From an uncultured Christensenella sp. (GTDB lineage: Bacteria > Bacillota > Clostridia > Christensenellales > UBA3700): 64,000 nucleotides of DNA. Positions 37,424-47,141 of this stretch are shown here, in pieces. Position 1 is the first letter of the stretch, and each line of letters starts with the position of its first letter. Made by a program: the position numbers and the translations under genes. A model generated the notes under the pieces. That model was given only the letters and a program-made list of their open reading frames with translations, was not told where the DNA came from and ran no database searches. Location of the stretch: positions 13,224-77,223 of the forward strand of contig CAJUBA010000001.1 in NCBI GenBank assembly GCA_910584635.1, written 5' to 3'.

Positions 37424-39016
37424 ATGAAAAAACAGTTTTTATCTATCATAATAGTTGTTCTGGTAATAATATCTATGATAGCATGCGTTGGCTGCGAGCC
37501 TAAGCCGGTTGATCCGCCGCCGTCGGGAGATAATATGCCTAGCGGCGAAAATCCTCCGCCAAGCGGTGAACAGACTCCCGGAGATAACAAACCCGGAGAT
37601 GGAGAAGACAATTCGGGCGATGGCGAGGAAGATCCGGGCGACGGGGAAAACAATCCGGGAGAGGAAAATCCCGGCGACGGAGATTCCGACGAAGATAAGT
37701 GGGACGATAGCATAGATTATTCCAAGGTTTATACTGTCGAAGAAGGCGTGATTACGGGCATGACCGCTTACGGTGAAACGCTGACGCACGTTGTTATTCC
37801 CGAAAAAGTAGGCGACGTACTAATTACCGAAATAGGCGCAAAAGCCTTTATGAATAATGAGAAAATTCAACGCGTAAGATTTGCGACAGCAAGCGCGTTG
37901 AAGATAAATACTTATGCGTTTTGGGGTTGCGATAATCTTAAATCGGTGGAATTTTCCTCTGGAGTAAACGACCTAGCAATAAGAGTTTTAGGTTGGTGTA
38001 CTTCTTTGGAAAAGATAAGCGTTGACGAATCCAACGAAAAGTATATGAGCGAAGGCAACTGCGTTATTGAGAAGGAAAGCAAAAGACTTGTATACGGTTG
38101 TAAGACAAGTAAAATTCCGAATTACGTTACTTCTATCGGAACTTATGCTTTCGGCGAACAGGCTACTTTAGAGAGCATTCAAATTCCGGTCGAAGTAGAA
38201 AGTATAGAAAGTTATGCGTTTTACGGATGTTCTTCGCTAAAAAATATTGAAATTTCAAGCGGAATCAAAAGTTTAGCAGCCGGCGCGTTTTATGATTGTA
38301 GCAAATTGAGAAAAATCGTTATTCCCGCAAATGTGGAAATAATAGAGAAAAACGCGTTTTACGGATGTTCGGGAGCGACGCTTTATTGCGAAGTGGCGTC
38401 TAAGCCTGACGGTTTTGTCGACGGGATGGATGCTGATAGAAGACAAATAAAATGGTATCAAGCGTCCAACGTACAAGTCTTGCCCGTAGTATGGGATTGC
38501 AAAAACAACGAATTGGACGAACAAGGAAATATACATTATTATTCGGAAGACGGACTGCATTACTCGCTCAAAGACGGGAACGCGACCGTATTGCCGCAAG
38601 CGAGGGATATTGTCGACGCCAAAATAAAATCCGTCATAACTTATAAAAACGTAAATTACGACGTTACCGTTATCTATGACCGCGCATTTTGGCAGAACAA
38701 TAAATTGAAAAGCGTAGTTATTCCCGCGAGCGTAACCGCGATAAATGCAAACGCTTTCAGAGAATCCTCGATTGAAAGCATTACGTTTGAAAGCGGTTCG
38801 CAACTATCTAAAATAGGTACTTACGCATTTAACGGTTGTACGCGCCTGAAAAGTATAGTTATTCCTTTGTCGACGGCAAATATTGCTTCTAATGCTTTCA
38901 AAGGATGTTCGTCTATGACGGAAATCAACTGCGAGGCTGATTCTAAACCCGCGGGATGGGGCAGTACATGGAATCCCGATAATATAAACGTAGTTTGGGG
39001 ATACAAAGCAAATTAA
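37424..39016 (+). CDS. BspA-type LRR surface lipoprotein, paralog 2, with a Pro/Gly/Asp/Glu/Asn low-complexity linker
   Basis: SD AAGGAGAAG. Signal plus Cys (MIACVGC/EPK). Linker PPPSGDNMPSGENPPPSGEQTPGDNKPGDGEDNSGDGEEDPGDGENNPGEENPGDGDSDED. LRR units. Internal cap LYCE...VVWDCKN and terminal cap INCEADSKPAGW...VVWGYKAN. Confidence 0.8.
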   Translation: MKKQFLSIIIVVLVIISMIACVGCEPKPVDPPPSGDNMPSGENPPPSGEQTPGDNKPGDGEDNSGDGEEDPGDGENNPGEENPGDGDSDEDKWDDSIDYSKVYTVEEGVITGMTAYGETLTHVVIPEKVGDVLITEIGAKAFMNNEKIQRVRFATASALKINTYAFWGCDNLKSVEFSSGVNDLAIRVLGWCTSLEKISVDESNEKYMSEGNCVIEKESKRLVYGCKTSKIPNYVTSIGTYAFGEQATLESIQIPVEVESIESYAFYGCSSLKNIEISSGIKSLAAGAFYDCSKLRKIVIPANVEIIEKNAFYGCSGATLYCEVASKPDGFVDGMDADRRQIKWYQASNVQVLPVVWDCKNNELDEQGNIHYYSEDGLHYSLKDGNATVLPQARDIVDAKIKSVITYKNVNYDVTVIYDRAFWQNNKLKSVVIPASVTAINANAFRESSIESITFESGSQLSKIGTYAFNGCTRLKSIVIPLSTANIASNAFKGCSSMTEINCEADSKPAGWGSTWNPDNINVVWGYKAN

Positions 39017-39041
39017 AGTTTGCAAATCGATTTTATCGGCG

Positions 39042-39075
39042 GACGGGGCAAATAGTCCCGTCTGTCTGTTTTTTA
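39042..39075 (+). terminator. Rho-independent terminator of LRR paralog 2
   Basis: GACGGG / CCCGTC stem followed by TGTCTGTTTTTT. Confidence 0.65.
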
Positions 39076-39177
39076 ATAAATTTTTGTCAATTACTCGCGG
39101 ATTATAGACAAAATATAAATTTGGTATTATAATATATGCGTAATATTTTACTATAATTTGTAAAGGTCGTACATACA

Positions 39178-40356
39178 ATGATAAAAAAATTTAAGTTGCC
39201 GAGCGGAATACAGGACCATTTGCCACTCGACTGTTATTCAAGAAGAATAGTCGAAGGCAAGTTGATAGAGTGTTTCAAATATTACGGTTTTAATGAAATA
39301 GAAACTCCCGTATTGGAAAGATACGAACTTTTTGACAGCGGCGTGGGAAAAGTTGAGTTGAGTAAACTTTTCAAGGTTACGGACGTTGACGGAGATTTGC
39401 TTATACTGCGTCCCGATATTACTATGCCTATATCGCGTATCGTATGCACCAAACTTTCGCAGGGCAGTCATAAACTCTGTTATCTAGGCAAATCGTTCAG
39501 CGCGTTGGAAAACGAAGGTAAATTGAGAGAGTTTACCCAAGCGGGCGTGGAAATAATGGGCGCGCAAGGCGAAAACGTGGATATAGAAGTCGTTATGCTC
39601 GCAATTAAAAGCCTGATAGCGGTCGGACTTGAAGATTTCCAAATTGAGTTGGGACACGTAGGATTTTTCAAAGGACTTTTAGACGCGTTTGACGTATGCG
39701 AAGAGGATAGGGAAGTTTTGATAAATTCCATTGAATCCAAAAACGGTATAAAACTTTACAATCTCTCTTGCGAGCCGGATAAACATCTTCTCGACGCTCT
39801 TTCCGGACTTCCCATGCTTTTCGGCGGAGTCGATGTCTTGGAAGACGCGGAAAAAATGTGTCGCAACAAAGAGATGAAAAAAGCGGTAGCCGAACTCAAA
39901 GCAGTATATGAAGGCGTCAAAAGACTGGGATACGAAAAATATGTTTGTTTCGATATGAGCAGCGTTGGCAAAATGAAATATTATTCGGGCATGGTAATAA
40001 GAGGTATAAACAAAAATCTCGGCAGACCTATACTTTCCGGCGGAAGATACGATAGACTTTGCGACGCGTTCGGTCAGCATATTCCCGCGGTTGGATTTGC
40101 GATAGGAGTAGGATATCTAGTAAGAGCGTTGGATAATCAAAGCAAACTTACAAAAATGCCAGAAGTAGACGTCGTCGTAGGTTATGAACCCGCGTATATG
40201 AGCGTTGCAGAATCAAAGGTGGATAAATTGAGAAAGAGCGGAGTCAATGCGATTTGCTCTTTTGCGACTGATAAAAAACAGTTGAAAACCAACAAACAGT
40301 CTCTCGGCGCAAAGTTAGCCGTATTTGTCGGAAAAGACGGAGAAGAGGAGATTTGA
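39178..40356 (+). CDS. hisZ: ATP phosphoribosyltransferase regulatory subunit (HisRS paralog)
   Basis: Class-II aaRS-like core without an anticodon domain, immediately upstream of a short-form hisG. Confidence 0.88.
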   Translation: MIKKFKLPSGIQDHLPLDCYSRRIVEGKLIECFKYYGFNEIETPVLERYELFDSGVGKVELSKLFKVTDVDGDLLILRPDITMPISRIVCTKLSQGSHKLCYLGKSFSALENEGKLREFTQAGVEIMGAQGENVDIEVVMLAIKSLIAVGLEDFQIELGHVGFFKGLLDAFDVCEEDREVLINSIESKNGIKLYNLSCEPDKHLLDALSGLPMLFGGVDVLEDAEKMCRNKEMKKAVAELKAVYEGVKRLGYEKYVCFDMSSVGKMKYYSGMVIRGINKNLGRPILSGGRYDRLCDAFGQHIPAVGFAIGVGYLVRALDNQSKLTKMPEVDVVVGYEPAYMSVAESKVDKLRKSGVNAICSFATDKKQLKTNKQSLGAKLAVFVGKDGEEEI

Positions 40357-40357
40357 C

Positions 40358-40999
40358 ATGAGTGAAAAAATCGTATTTGCTTTGGCAAAAGGACGTCTTG
40401 CCGAAAAATCGGTAGAGATTTTGGAAAAGTGCGGAATAGATTGCAGATGTATTTTAGAGCCGTCTAGAAAACTCGTAATGAGCGACGTAAGCGGTAAGTT
40501 TGAATTTATTTTCGTCAAACCCAGCGACGTGCCTATTTACGTCGAACACGGAGTAGCCGACATAGGCGTAGTGGGAAAAGATACTTTGCTTGAAGAAGGC
40601 AGGGACGTATACGAACTTATCGATTTGGGCTTTGCAAAGTGCAGACTTTGTCTTGCGGGATACAAAAATACCGATTTGACCAATTACAGAAATTCGCTCA
40701 AAGTCGCTACGAAATACGTCAACGTCGCAAAAGATTATTTTGACGGCAGAGGTCAGAACGTGGAAATCGTACCGTTGCACGGTTCGATAGAACTCGGACC
40801 TATCGTCGGTTTGAGCGATATAATATTGGATATTGTTGAGAGCGGTAAAACTTTGCAGGAAAACGATCTTTGCGTGCTTGAAGAAATAGTAAACTGCTCG
40901 GCAAGACTTATCGTCAACAAGGTAAGTTTGAAGACAAAGGCGGAGGATATAAAACCGCTTGTTGGCAAAATAGACGAAATAATAAAATCGCAGAATTAA
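40358..40999 (+). CDS. hisG: ATP phosphoribosyltransferase, short form
   Basis: 213 aa. LAKGRL...L, DIVESGKTL motif. ATG at 40358 lies 7 nt after GAGGAG and 1 nt after the hisZ stop. Confidence 0.9.
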   Translation: MSEKIVFALAKGRLAEKSVEILEKCGIDCRCILEPSRKLVMSDVSGKFEFIFVKPSDVPIYVEHGVADIGVVGKDTLLEEGRDVYELIDLGFAKCRLCLAGYKNTDLTNYRNSLKVATKYVNVAKDYFDGRGQNVEIVPLHGSIELGPIVGLSDIILDIVESGKTLQENDLCVLEEIVNCSARLIVNKVSLKTKAEDIKPLVGKIDEIIKSQN

Positions 41000-41026
41000 A
41001 CAATTGGATTGAAAATAGAGGTTAAT

Positions 41027-42334
41027 ATGTCGGTACCTATACTGAAATACGGAATAGACGATACAAGCAGAGTTTTCGGAAGGACTCAACTTGGCAACAG
41101 CGAGTACATATCTGCCGTCAACGAGATAATAGAAAACGTAAAAAACAGAAAAGACGAGGCGCTTTTCGAGTACGCTTTGAAATTTGACAGACAGAAAATA
41201 GATAAAGATAATGTGCTTGTAAGCGATAGCGAGATTGAAGAGGCTTACTCAAAAGTCGATAAGGCTTTGGTAGAAAGCATACGCAAAGCAAAGGCAGGCA
41301 TTCTCGATTATCATTCCCGTCAAAAAGTTAAATTTTCTAACGAATTTTTCAAGTCGGGAGCAAGCGGCGAGAGTACGCTGGGCTGGATATACCGACCGTT
41401 GGCAAGAGTAGGGCTTTACGTGCCGGGCGGAAAAGCAAGTTATCCTTCAACCGTGCTTATGACGGCTTTGCCGGCGATAGCGGCGGGAGTAGACGAAGTG
41501 ATAGTCGCTACGCCGAATATAAATAATCCCGCGATTTTGGTGGCGTGCAAGGAATGCGGAATAAAAAAGATTTATAAGATAGGCGGAGCGCAGGCAGTCG
41601 CGGCTATGGCTTACGGTACGCAGTCCGTGCCGAGAGTAGATTTGATAGCGGGACCTGGCAACGTATTTGTTACGTTGGCAAAAAAGCAAGTTTTCGGACA
41701 CGTGGCTATTGATATGATAGCGGGACCGAGCGAGATATTGATAATCGCAGACGAAAGCGCAGACGCCAAATTGCTTGCTAGCGATTTGTTATCTCAGGCG
41801 GAACACGACGAGCAAGCGGCGAGCATACTAGTAACAATAAGCGAAGATTTGGCAAAGAAGGTTCAGAAGGAACTCGATAGGCAGACGGCTTTGTTAGAGC
41901 GAAAAGATATTATTTCCAAATCGTTGGAAACAAACGGAGCGATAATAGTAGCCAAAGATATAGAAGAGGCGATAATGATAGCGGACGAAGTCGCGCCTGA
42001 ACATTTGGAAGTATGTACTGAAAACGCCGGAGAAGTCGCAATGAAACTTTCCAACGCGGGAGCCATATTCGTAGGCAATTTTTCTCCCGAACCGTTGGGA
42101 GATTATTTTGCAGGACCTTCGCACGTCTTGCCTACAAGCGGAAGCGCGCGCTATTCGTCGGTGCTTTCGGTTGATACTTTTATGAAAAAAATCAGTTATA
42201 TCGAGTACGCGAAGCAAGATTTGCTTTCCTGCGCCGACGATATAATTGCGATAGCCGAGAGCGAAGGTTTCGGCGCGCACGCAAACACGATAAAATTGAG
42301 AAAAGCCGAATACGGCGACAAGGAGAAAATATGA
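41027..42334 (+). CDS. hisD: Histidinol dehydrogenase
   Basis: GGAQA.AA.AYGT, AGPSE, QAEHD motifs. ATG at 41027 after AGAGG is preferred over the TTG at 41009. Confidence 0.9.
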   Translation: MSVPILKYGIDDTSRVFGRTQLGNSEYISAVNEIIENVKNRKDEALFEYALKFDRQKIDKDNVLVSDSEIEEAYSKVDKALVESIRKAKAGILDYHSRQKVKFSNEFFKSGASGESTLGWIYRPLARVGLYVPGGKASYPSTVLMTALPAIAAGVDEVIVATPNINNPAILVACKECGIKKIYKIGGAQAVAAMAYGTQSVPRVDLIAGPGNVFVTLAKKQVFGHVAIDMIAGPSEILIIADESADAKLLASDLLSQAEHDEQAASILVTISEDLAKKVQKELDRQTALLERKDIISKSLETNGAIIVAKDIEEAIMIADEVAPEHLEVCTENAGEVAMKLSNAGAIFVGNFSPEPLGDYFAGPSHVLPTSGSARYSSVLSVDTFMKKISYIEYAKQDLLSCADDIIAIAESEGFGAHANTIKLRKAEYGDKEKI

Positions 42335-42912
42335 GAAAGGCAGAAATAGTCAGAGACACTAAGGAAACAAAAATCAGACTTGCGCTCAATCTTGACGGAG
42401 AGGGAAGTTACAAGGCAGATACGGGCATAGGTTTTTTCGACCACATGATGACGCTTTTCGCTTGTCATTCGGGTTTTGATTTTACAGTTCGCTGCGAGGG
42501 CGACACAAGGGTAGACGGACACCATTCTGTGGAAGATATAGGAATTGTGCTTGGCAAAGCGTTGGTTCAGGCGCTAGGCGATAAAGTAGGTATCAAAAGA
42601 TACGCGTCCGTTACTATTCCCATGGACGAAAGTCTTGCCACCGTTACCGTCGACGTCAGCGGAAGACCTTTTCTCGTATTCAACGCGGACGGCATGAGCG
42701 GTAAAGTCGGGGATTTCGATATAGAACTTGTCGAAGAATTTTTCCGCGCAGTCGCAAATTACGGCGGACTTACTTTGCATATAAATTTGCATTACGGCAG
42801 CAATTCTCATCATAAGATAGAGGCTATTTTCAAGGCTTTCGCAAGAGCGTTGAGCGAAGCGGTAAAGGTAGTAGGGAATACTCTTCCCTCGTCAAAGGGC
42901 GTGCTTGAATGA
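42331..42912 (+). CDS. hisB: Imidazoleglycerol-phosphate dehydratase
   Basis: R.T.ET.I...L.LDG, GIGFFDHML, HH..E. and G.N.HH..EA.FKA motifs. Confidence 0.92.
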   Translation: MRKAEIVRDTKETKIRLALNLDGEGSYKADTGIGFFDHMMTLFACHSGFDFTVRCEGDTRVDGHHSVEDIGIVLGKALVQALGDKVGIKRYASVTIPMDESLATVTVDVSGRPFLVFNADGMSGKVGDFDIELVEEFFRAVANYGGLTLHINLHYGSNSHHKIEAIFKAFARALSEAVKVVGNTLPSSKGVLE

Positions 42913-43508
42913 TAGCGATAGTGGATTACGGTATGGGAAATCTCAGAAGCGTGCAGAAGGCTTTCGAGTTTTTGGGACATACGGCGAAGATAACGGATAG
43001 AGCGACGGATCTGAAAGACGCCAAGCGAATAGTTTTGCCGGGCGTCGGCGCTTTTAATGACGCTATCGACGCGCTGAAAAAAAGCGGCGTGGAAAAAGTA
43101 ATGAAGGACGAGATAAAAAAGGGCAAGCCTTTTTTGGGGATATGTCTGGGTATGCAAATGCTTTTTGACGTAAGTTACGAAGACGGAATCCATCAAGGAT
43201 TGGGACTTGTGTCGGGCGAGGTAAAGAGATTCGAAACCTCTCTTAAAGTACCGCATATCGGTTGGAACAAACTCAATATCAAAAAGAAGACTCCGCTGTT
43301 TGAGGGTATCGACGATTTGAATTTCTATTTCGTACACTCCTACCACGCAAGCGGTTGCAGAGTTGAAGATATCGAAACAACTTGCGATTACGCGTATGAG
43401 TTTACCGCGTCGGTGAACAAAGACAACGTATGGGGAGTGCAGTTCCACCCTGAAAAGAGCGGAGATACGGGACTGAAACTGCTCGCCAATTTCGCAAAAA
43501 TCAACTGA
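42909..43508 (+). CDS. hisH: Imidazole glycerol phosphate synthase, glutamine amidotransferase subunit
   Basis: IAIVDYGMGNL.SV, GICLGMQ, FHPEKS. Confidence 0.92.
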   Translation: MIAIVDYGMGNLRSVQKAFEFLGHTAKITDRATDLKDAKRIVLPGVGAFNDAIDALKKSGVEKVMKDEIKKGKPFLGICLGMQMLFDVSYEDGIHQGLGLVSGEVKRFETSLKVPHIGWNKLNIKKKTPLFEGIDDLNFYFVHSYHASGCRVEDIETTCDYAYEFTASVNKDNVWGVQFHPEKSGDTGLKLLANFAKIN

Positions 43509-43555
43509 CGTAATTTGTCGGTTTAACTTAAAACAGTAAAAAGGAAACAAACGTT

Positions 43556-44275
43556 ATGATACTTTTTCCCGCGGTAGACGTGTTGGACAACAGAGCGGTA
43601 AGACTTCTGTACGGAAAGCGCGACAGCGTTACAGATTACGGAGCGCCGGCAGAAATGGCGGCGAAATGGCAGTCTATGGGAGCCGAATATCTTCACGTCG
43701 TGGATTTGAACGGCGCTTTCGACGATTCGCAGGTCAACAAAAAGACTCTTATTGAGTTGATAAAAAGCGTTTCCATACCCGTTCAGATAGGCGGGGGGAT
43801 AAAGACTTTGGACAAGATAAAGTTTTATCTCGAAGAAGTCGGAGCGAGCAGAGTTATCGTAGGAACAGCCTGTGTAACCAATCCTGCGCTTATGGACGAC
43901 GCTTGTTCAAAGTACGGCAAAAAGATAGCCTGCGGAATAGACGCGAAAGACGGCTACGTCGCTATAAAAGGTTGGGTAGAGAAGAGTCTGCTTAAACCTT
44001 TGGAAGTCGCTTTGGATATGAAATCGAGAGGAGCGGATACCGTTATTTATACGGATATTAACCGCGACGGCGCTTTGTGCGGAGTCAACGTTCAAGCGAC
44101 GGCGGAACTAGCCAATCAAAGCGGAATGAATATTATCGCAAGCGGCGGAATGGCAACGCTTGAGGACGTAAAAGCGGTAAAAGAAAAAGGCATATACGGG
44201 GCGATACTCGGAAAATCTATTTACAGCGGGACGATAGATTTTAAGCAAGCGCTGAAAATTAGCGGAGCGAAATAG
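43556..44275 (+). CDS. hisA: ProFAR isomerase
   Basis: PA.D......VRL..G, VQ.GGGI, and position between hisH and hisF. Confidence 0.9.
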   Translation: MILFPAVDVLDNRAVRLLYGKRDSVTDYGAPAEMAAKWQSMGAEYLHVVDLNGAFDDSQVNKKTLIELIKSVSIPVQIGGGIKTLDKIKFYLEEVGASRVIVGTACVTNPALMDDACSKYGKKIACGIDAKDGYVAIKGWVEKSLLKPLEVALDMKSRGADTVIYTDINRDGALCGVNVQATAELANQSGMNIIASGGMATLEDVKAVKEKGIYGAILGKSIYSGTIDFKQALKISGAK

Positions 44276-44277
44276 AT

Positions 44278-45039
44278 ATGTTAAACAAAAGAATAATTCC
44301 ATGTCTTGACATCAACAAAGGCAGAGTAGTCAAGGGAGTGAATTTTGTAAACTTGATAGACGCGGGAGATCCGGTCGAGGTCGCAAAAGCCTACAACGCT
44401 ATGCGCGCCGACGAAATCGTATTTCTCGATATTACCGCTACGCACGAAGCGAGAGCGACTTTGTACGACGTAATAGCGAGGGCGGCGGAACAGGTGTTTA
44501 TTCCTCTTACGGTAGGCGGCGGAATTTCCAGCGTGGAGCAGTTTAGAACTCTGCTTAATCTAGGCGCGGATAAGATAAGTATCAATTCGTCGGCAGTACG
44601 AAATCCCGACTTAATTACGGACGCGGCTTTGAAATTTGGCAGACAGTGCGTAGTAGTAGCCATAGACGCTAAACGCAATGAAAAGGGAAGTTTTGACGTT
44701 TATCTTAACGGCGGCAGAATAAATACGGAAATCGACGCGATAGATTGGGCGTTAGAGGCTGAAAAGAAAGGCGCGGGCGAAATTTTGCTTACTTCAATGG
44801 ATTGCGACGGAACTAAATCGGGATATGATTTAGAACTTACTAAACGCGTATGCCAAGCCGTAAATATCCCGGTAATAGCAAGCGGCGGCGCGGGTAAAGT
44901 CGAGCATTTCAAAGACGTGTTGGACGACGGCGTTGGAGCGGACGCGGCATTGGCGGCATCGCTCTTCCATTTCAAAGAGTTGGAGATAAAGAATCTGAAA
45001 GAGTATTTGCGAAACCAAGGTATTTCGGTAAGATTGTAA
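44278..45039 (+). CDS. hisF: Imidazole glycerol phosphate synthase, cyclase subunit
   Basis: KRIIPCLD...[20 protein letters not shown]. Confidence 0.92.
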   Translation: MLNKRIIPCLDINKGRVVKGVNFVNLIDAGDPVEVAKAYNAMRADEIVFLDITATHEARATLYDVIARAAEQVFIPLTVGGGISSVEQFRTLLNLGADKISINSSAVRNPDLITDAALKFGRQCVVVAIDAKRNEKGSFDVYLNGGRINTEIDAIDWALEAEKKGAGEILLTSMDCDGTKSGYDLELTKRVCQAVNIPVIASGGAGKVEHFKDVLDDGVGADAALAASLFHFKELEIKNLKEYLRNQGISVRL

Positions 45040-45075
45040 AATATAGATAAGACATAAAATAGGTAGGAAAAGATT

Positions 45076-45762
45076 ATGCAAGACATACAGTTCAAATTTG
45101 ACGGCAACGGACTTATCTGCGCGATAGCGCAGGATGTCTATACGGGCGAAACGCTTATGCAAGCGTATATGAATCAAGAGGCGATAGACAAGACGTTGGA
45201 GAGCGGTTACGCGCATTATTACAGCCGTTCGAGAAAATGTCTATGGAAGAAAGGCGAAACGTCGGGGCATTTGCAAAAAGTAAAAAAGATACTTTGCGAC
45301 TGCGATTGCGACTGTTTGCTTTTGCTTATAGAACAGGTCGGCGCGGCTTGTCATACGGGAAATAGAAGTTGTTTTTACCGTACGCTTAAAGAGTTTGAAT
45401 TCGTACCCGATTATAAAGTTGTGTTTGAGGATGTAAACACAATAAAAGAAAGAAAGTCAACGCCTGTGGAAGGCTCGTATACGAACTATCTTTTCGATAA
45501 AGGCGTTGAAAAAATTTGTAAGAAAGTAGGCGAGGAAGCGAGCGAAACGATTATAGCCGCCATCGCCGGCAAGAAAGGCGAACTCGTAGGAGAGTTGTCG
45601 GATTTGCTTTATCACTGTTTAGTGCTTGCCGAAGCAAGCGGAATATCCGTTCAGGACGTCTTTCAAGAAGTAATGGCGAGAAAGGGCAAAGCGCCCAATC
45701 CCAAGTACGGCGAAGACAAGATACTTTCCAACGCCGATAAGATTAAGCAAGACAACAACTGA
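45076..45762 (+). CDS. hisI: Bifunctional phosphoribosyl-AMP cyclohydrolase / phosphoribosyl-ATP pyrophosphatase
   Basis: N-terminal HisI domain (SRSR...W.KGETSG, C.C.CD) and C-terminal HisE domain (SYT..L, EE..E...A, E..DL.YH). Confidence 0.9.
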   Translation: MQDIQFKFDGNGLICAIAQDVYTGETLMQAYMNQEAIDKTLESGYAHYYSRSRKCLWKKGETSGHLQKVKKILCDCDCDCLLLLIEQVGAACHTGNRSCFYRTLKEFEFVPDYKVVFEDVNTIKERKSTPVEGSYTNYLFDKGVEKICKKVGEEASETIIAAIAGKKGELVGELSDLLYHCLVLAEASGISVQDVFQEVMARKGKAPNPKYGEDKILSNADKIKQDNN

Positions 45763-45786
45763 GAAAAATAACCGCAAAGCGGTAGC

Positions 45787-45820
45787 AAAAAGAGAGCGGT
45801 CGCTCTCTTTTTCGGTTTTA
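45787..45820 (+). terminator. Rho-independent terminator of the his operon
   Basis: AGAGAGC / GCTCTCT stem with a 4-nt loop followed by TTTTTCGGTTTT. Confidence 0.75.
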
Positions 45821-45931
45821 TCGGAAATAGTTTAATTAGTTGCAATCTTTATATTTATATGATAAAATATATAAAATTATAATATAAGAGTTTGTCGGCA
45901 ACGTATTGTCGCTAAACCAAAGGAAGTTTTT

Positions 45932-46903
45932 ATGGCAAAGAGAACGTTATTATCATTTTCTCCGCAAATCAAAGTTATCGACGCTACGCTAAGAGACGGC
46001 GGGCTTGTCAACAATTTCTATTTCGAAGATGATTTCGTAAAGAAACTATATCAAATGAATTTGCAAGCGGGTGTTGATTATATGGAATTCGGCTACAAGG
46101 CTTCCAAAGAAATTTTCGACAAGAACAAGTTCGGAAAATGGAAGTTCTGCGACGAAAAGGATATAAGAGACATTGTAGGCGACAACAATACGAATCTTAA
46201 AATTGCGGTTATGGCTGACGTGGGCAGAACTGATATTGAAAAAGATATTATTCCTAAAGACGAAAGCGTAATCGATATGGTGAGAGTTGCAAGTTATATC
46301 AATACCATTCCCGCCGCTATAGATATGGTGGAGGATTGCGCTAAAAAGGGGTATGAGACGGCTGTAAATATAATGGCTATTTCTCACGCCAACGACAGCG
46401 ACCTTGAAGAAGCGCTCGAACTTATAGGTAATTCGTCGGCTAACGGTGTATACCTTGTCGACAGTTACGGTTCGCTTTATCCCGAACAGATAAGAAGACT
46501 TTCGGATAAGTATTTGAATATGGCGACAAAATACAACAAATTCGTAGGTATTCACGCGCATAATAATCAACAACTTGCTTTTGCCAACACTATCGACGCA
46601 GTCGCTTGCGGAGTAAATTATCTAGACGCGACTGTAAATTCTCTCGGAAGAGGAGCGGGTAACTGTCCTCTCGAACTTTTACTCGGCTTTTTGAAAAATC
46701 CGAAATACAAACTTCACGCCGTGCTGAAATTTATCGAAGAAGAGATGCTTAAACTTAAAGAAAGCGGTCTTGTTTGGGGATACGATATACCGTACCTTAT
46801 AACGGGAGTTCTTGACAGACATCCTTCCGGAGCAATAGACTGTATCAAAAAAGAACGTAAAGATTACGCTAATATATATCTTGAACTTATGGGACTTGAA
46901 TAA
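45932..46903 (+). CDS. DRE-TIM metallolyase (HMGL-like / DmpG-like aldolase or pyruvate carboxyltransferase domain protein), short form
   Basis: IDATLRDGG near the N-terminus and GIHAHNNQQLAFANT...LGRGAGN signature. 323 aa with no LeuA-type regulatory domain. Confidence 0.65.
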   Translation: MAKRTLLSFSPQIKVIDATLRDGGLVNNFYFEDDFVKKLYQMNLQAGVDYMEFGYKASKEIFDKNKFGKWKFCDEKDIRDIVGDNNTNLKIAVMADVGRTDIEKDIIPKDESVIDMVRVASYINTIPAAIDMVEDCAKKGYETAVNIMAISHANDSDLEEALELIGNSSANGVYLVDSYGSLYPEQIRRLSDKYLNMATKYNKFVGIHAHNNQQLAFANTIDAVACGVNYLDATVNSLGRGAGNCPLELLLGFLKNPKYKLHAVLKFIEEEMLKLKESGLVWGYDIPYLITGVLDRHPSGAIDCIKKERKDYANIYLELMGLE

Positions 46904-46928
46904 GTTTTCATTAAAAAGGATAATCGCA

Positions 46929-46959
46929 AAATCTTCCCGCTTTTTCGGGAAGATTTTTT
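46929..46959 (+). terminator. Rho-independent terminator of the HMGL-like gene
   Basis: AATCTTCCCG / CGGGAAGATT stem followed by TTTTTGTTATTTTT. Confidence 0.8.
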
Positions 46960-47038
46960 GTTATTTTTATTGCGGCTATATCATTTGTAAGATAGATGTA
47001 AATTTTATTTTATGTTAAATATATATAGAATGAAACTA

Positions 47039-47068
47039 TTGATTTTCAGTAAACTTTTGAGTTATAAT
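47039..47068 (+). promoter_or_regulatory. Sigma-A-like promoter for LRR paralog 3
   Basis: TTGATT, 18 nt, TATAAT. Confidence 0.4.
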
Positions 47069-47141
47069 AGAATAAATTAGAATTTGTAAACAATGTTATT
47101 AAATTTAACATATTTATAAATTGGTTTAGGCGGTAGGCTTT

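Noticed and set aside
37393-37789. Alternative-frame ORFs over the start of LRR paralog 2: 37393-37713 (-), 37439-37789 (-) and 37488-37715 (+).
   Set aside because: These are artefacts of the GGAGA/CCGGG-rich low-complexity linker, which stays open in several frames. The + frame with SD, signal peptide and LRR body is clearly the real one.
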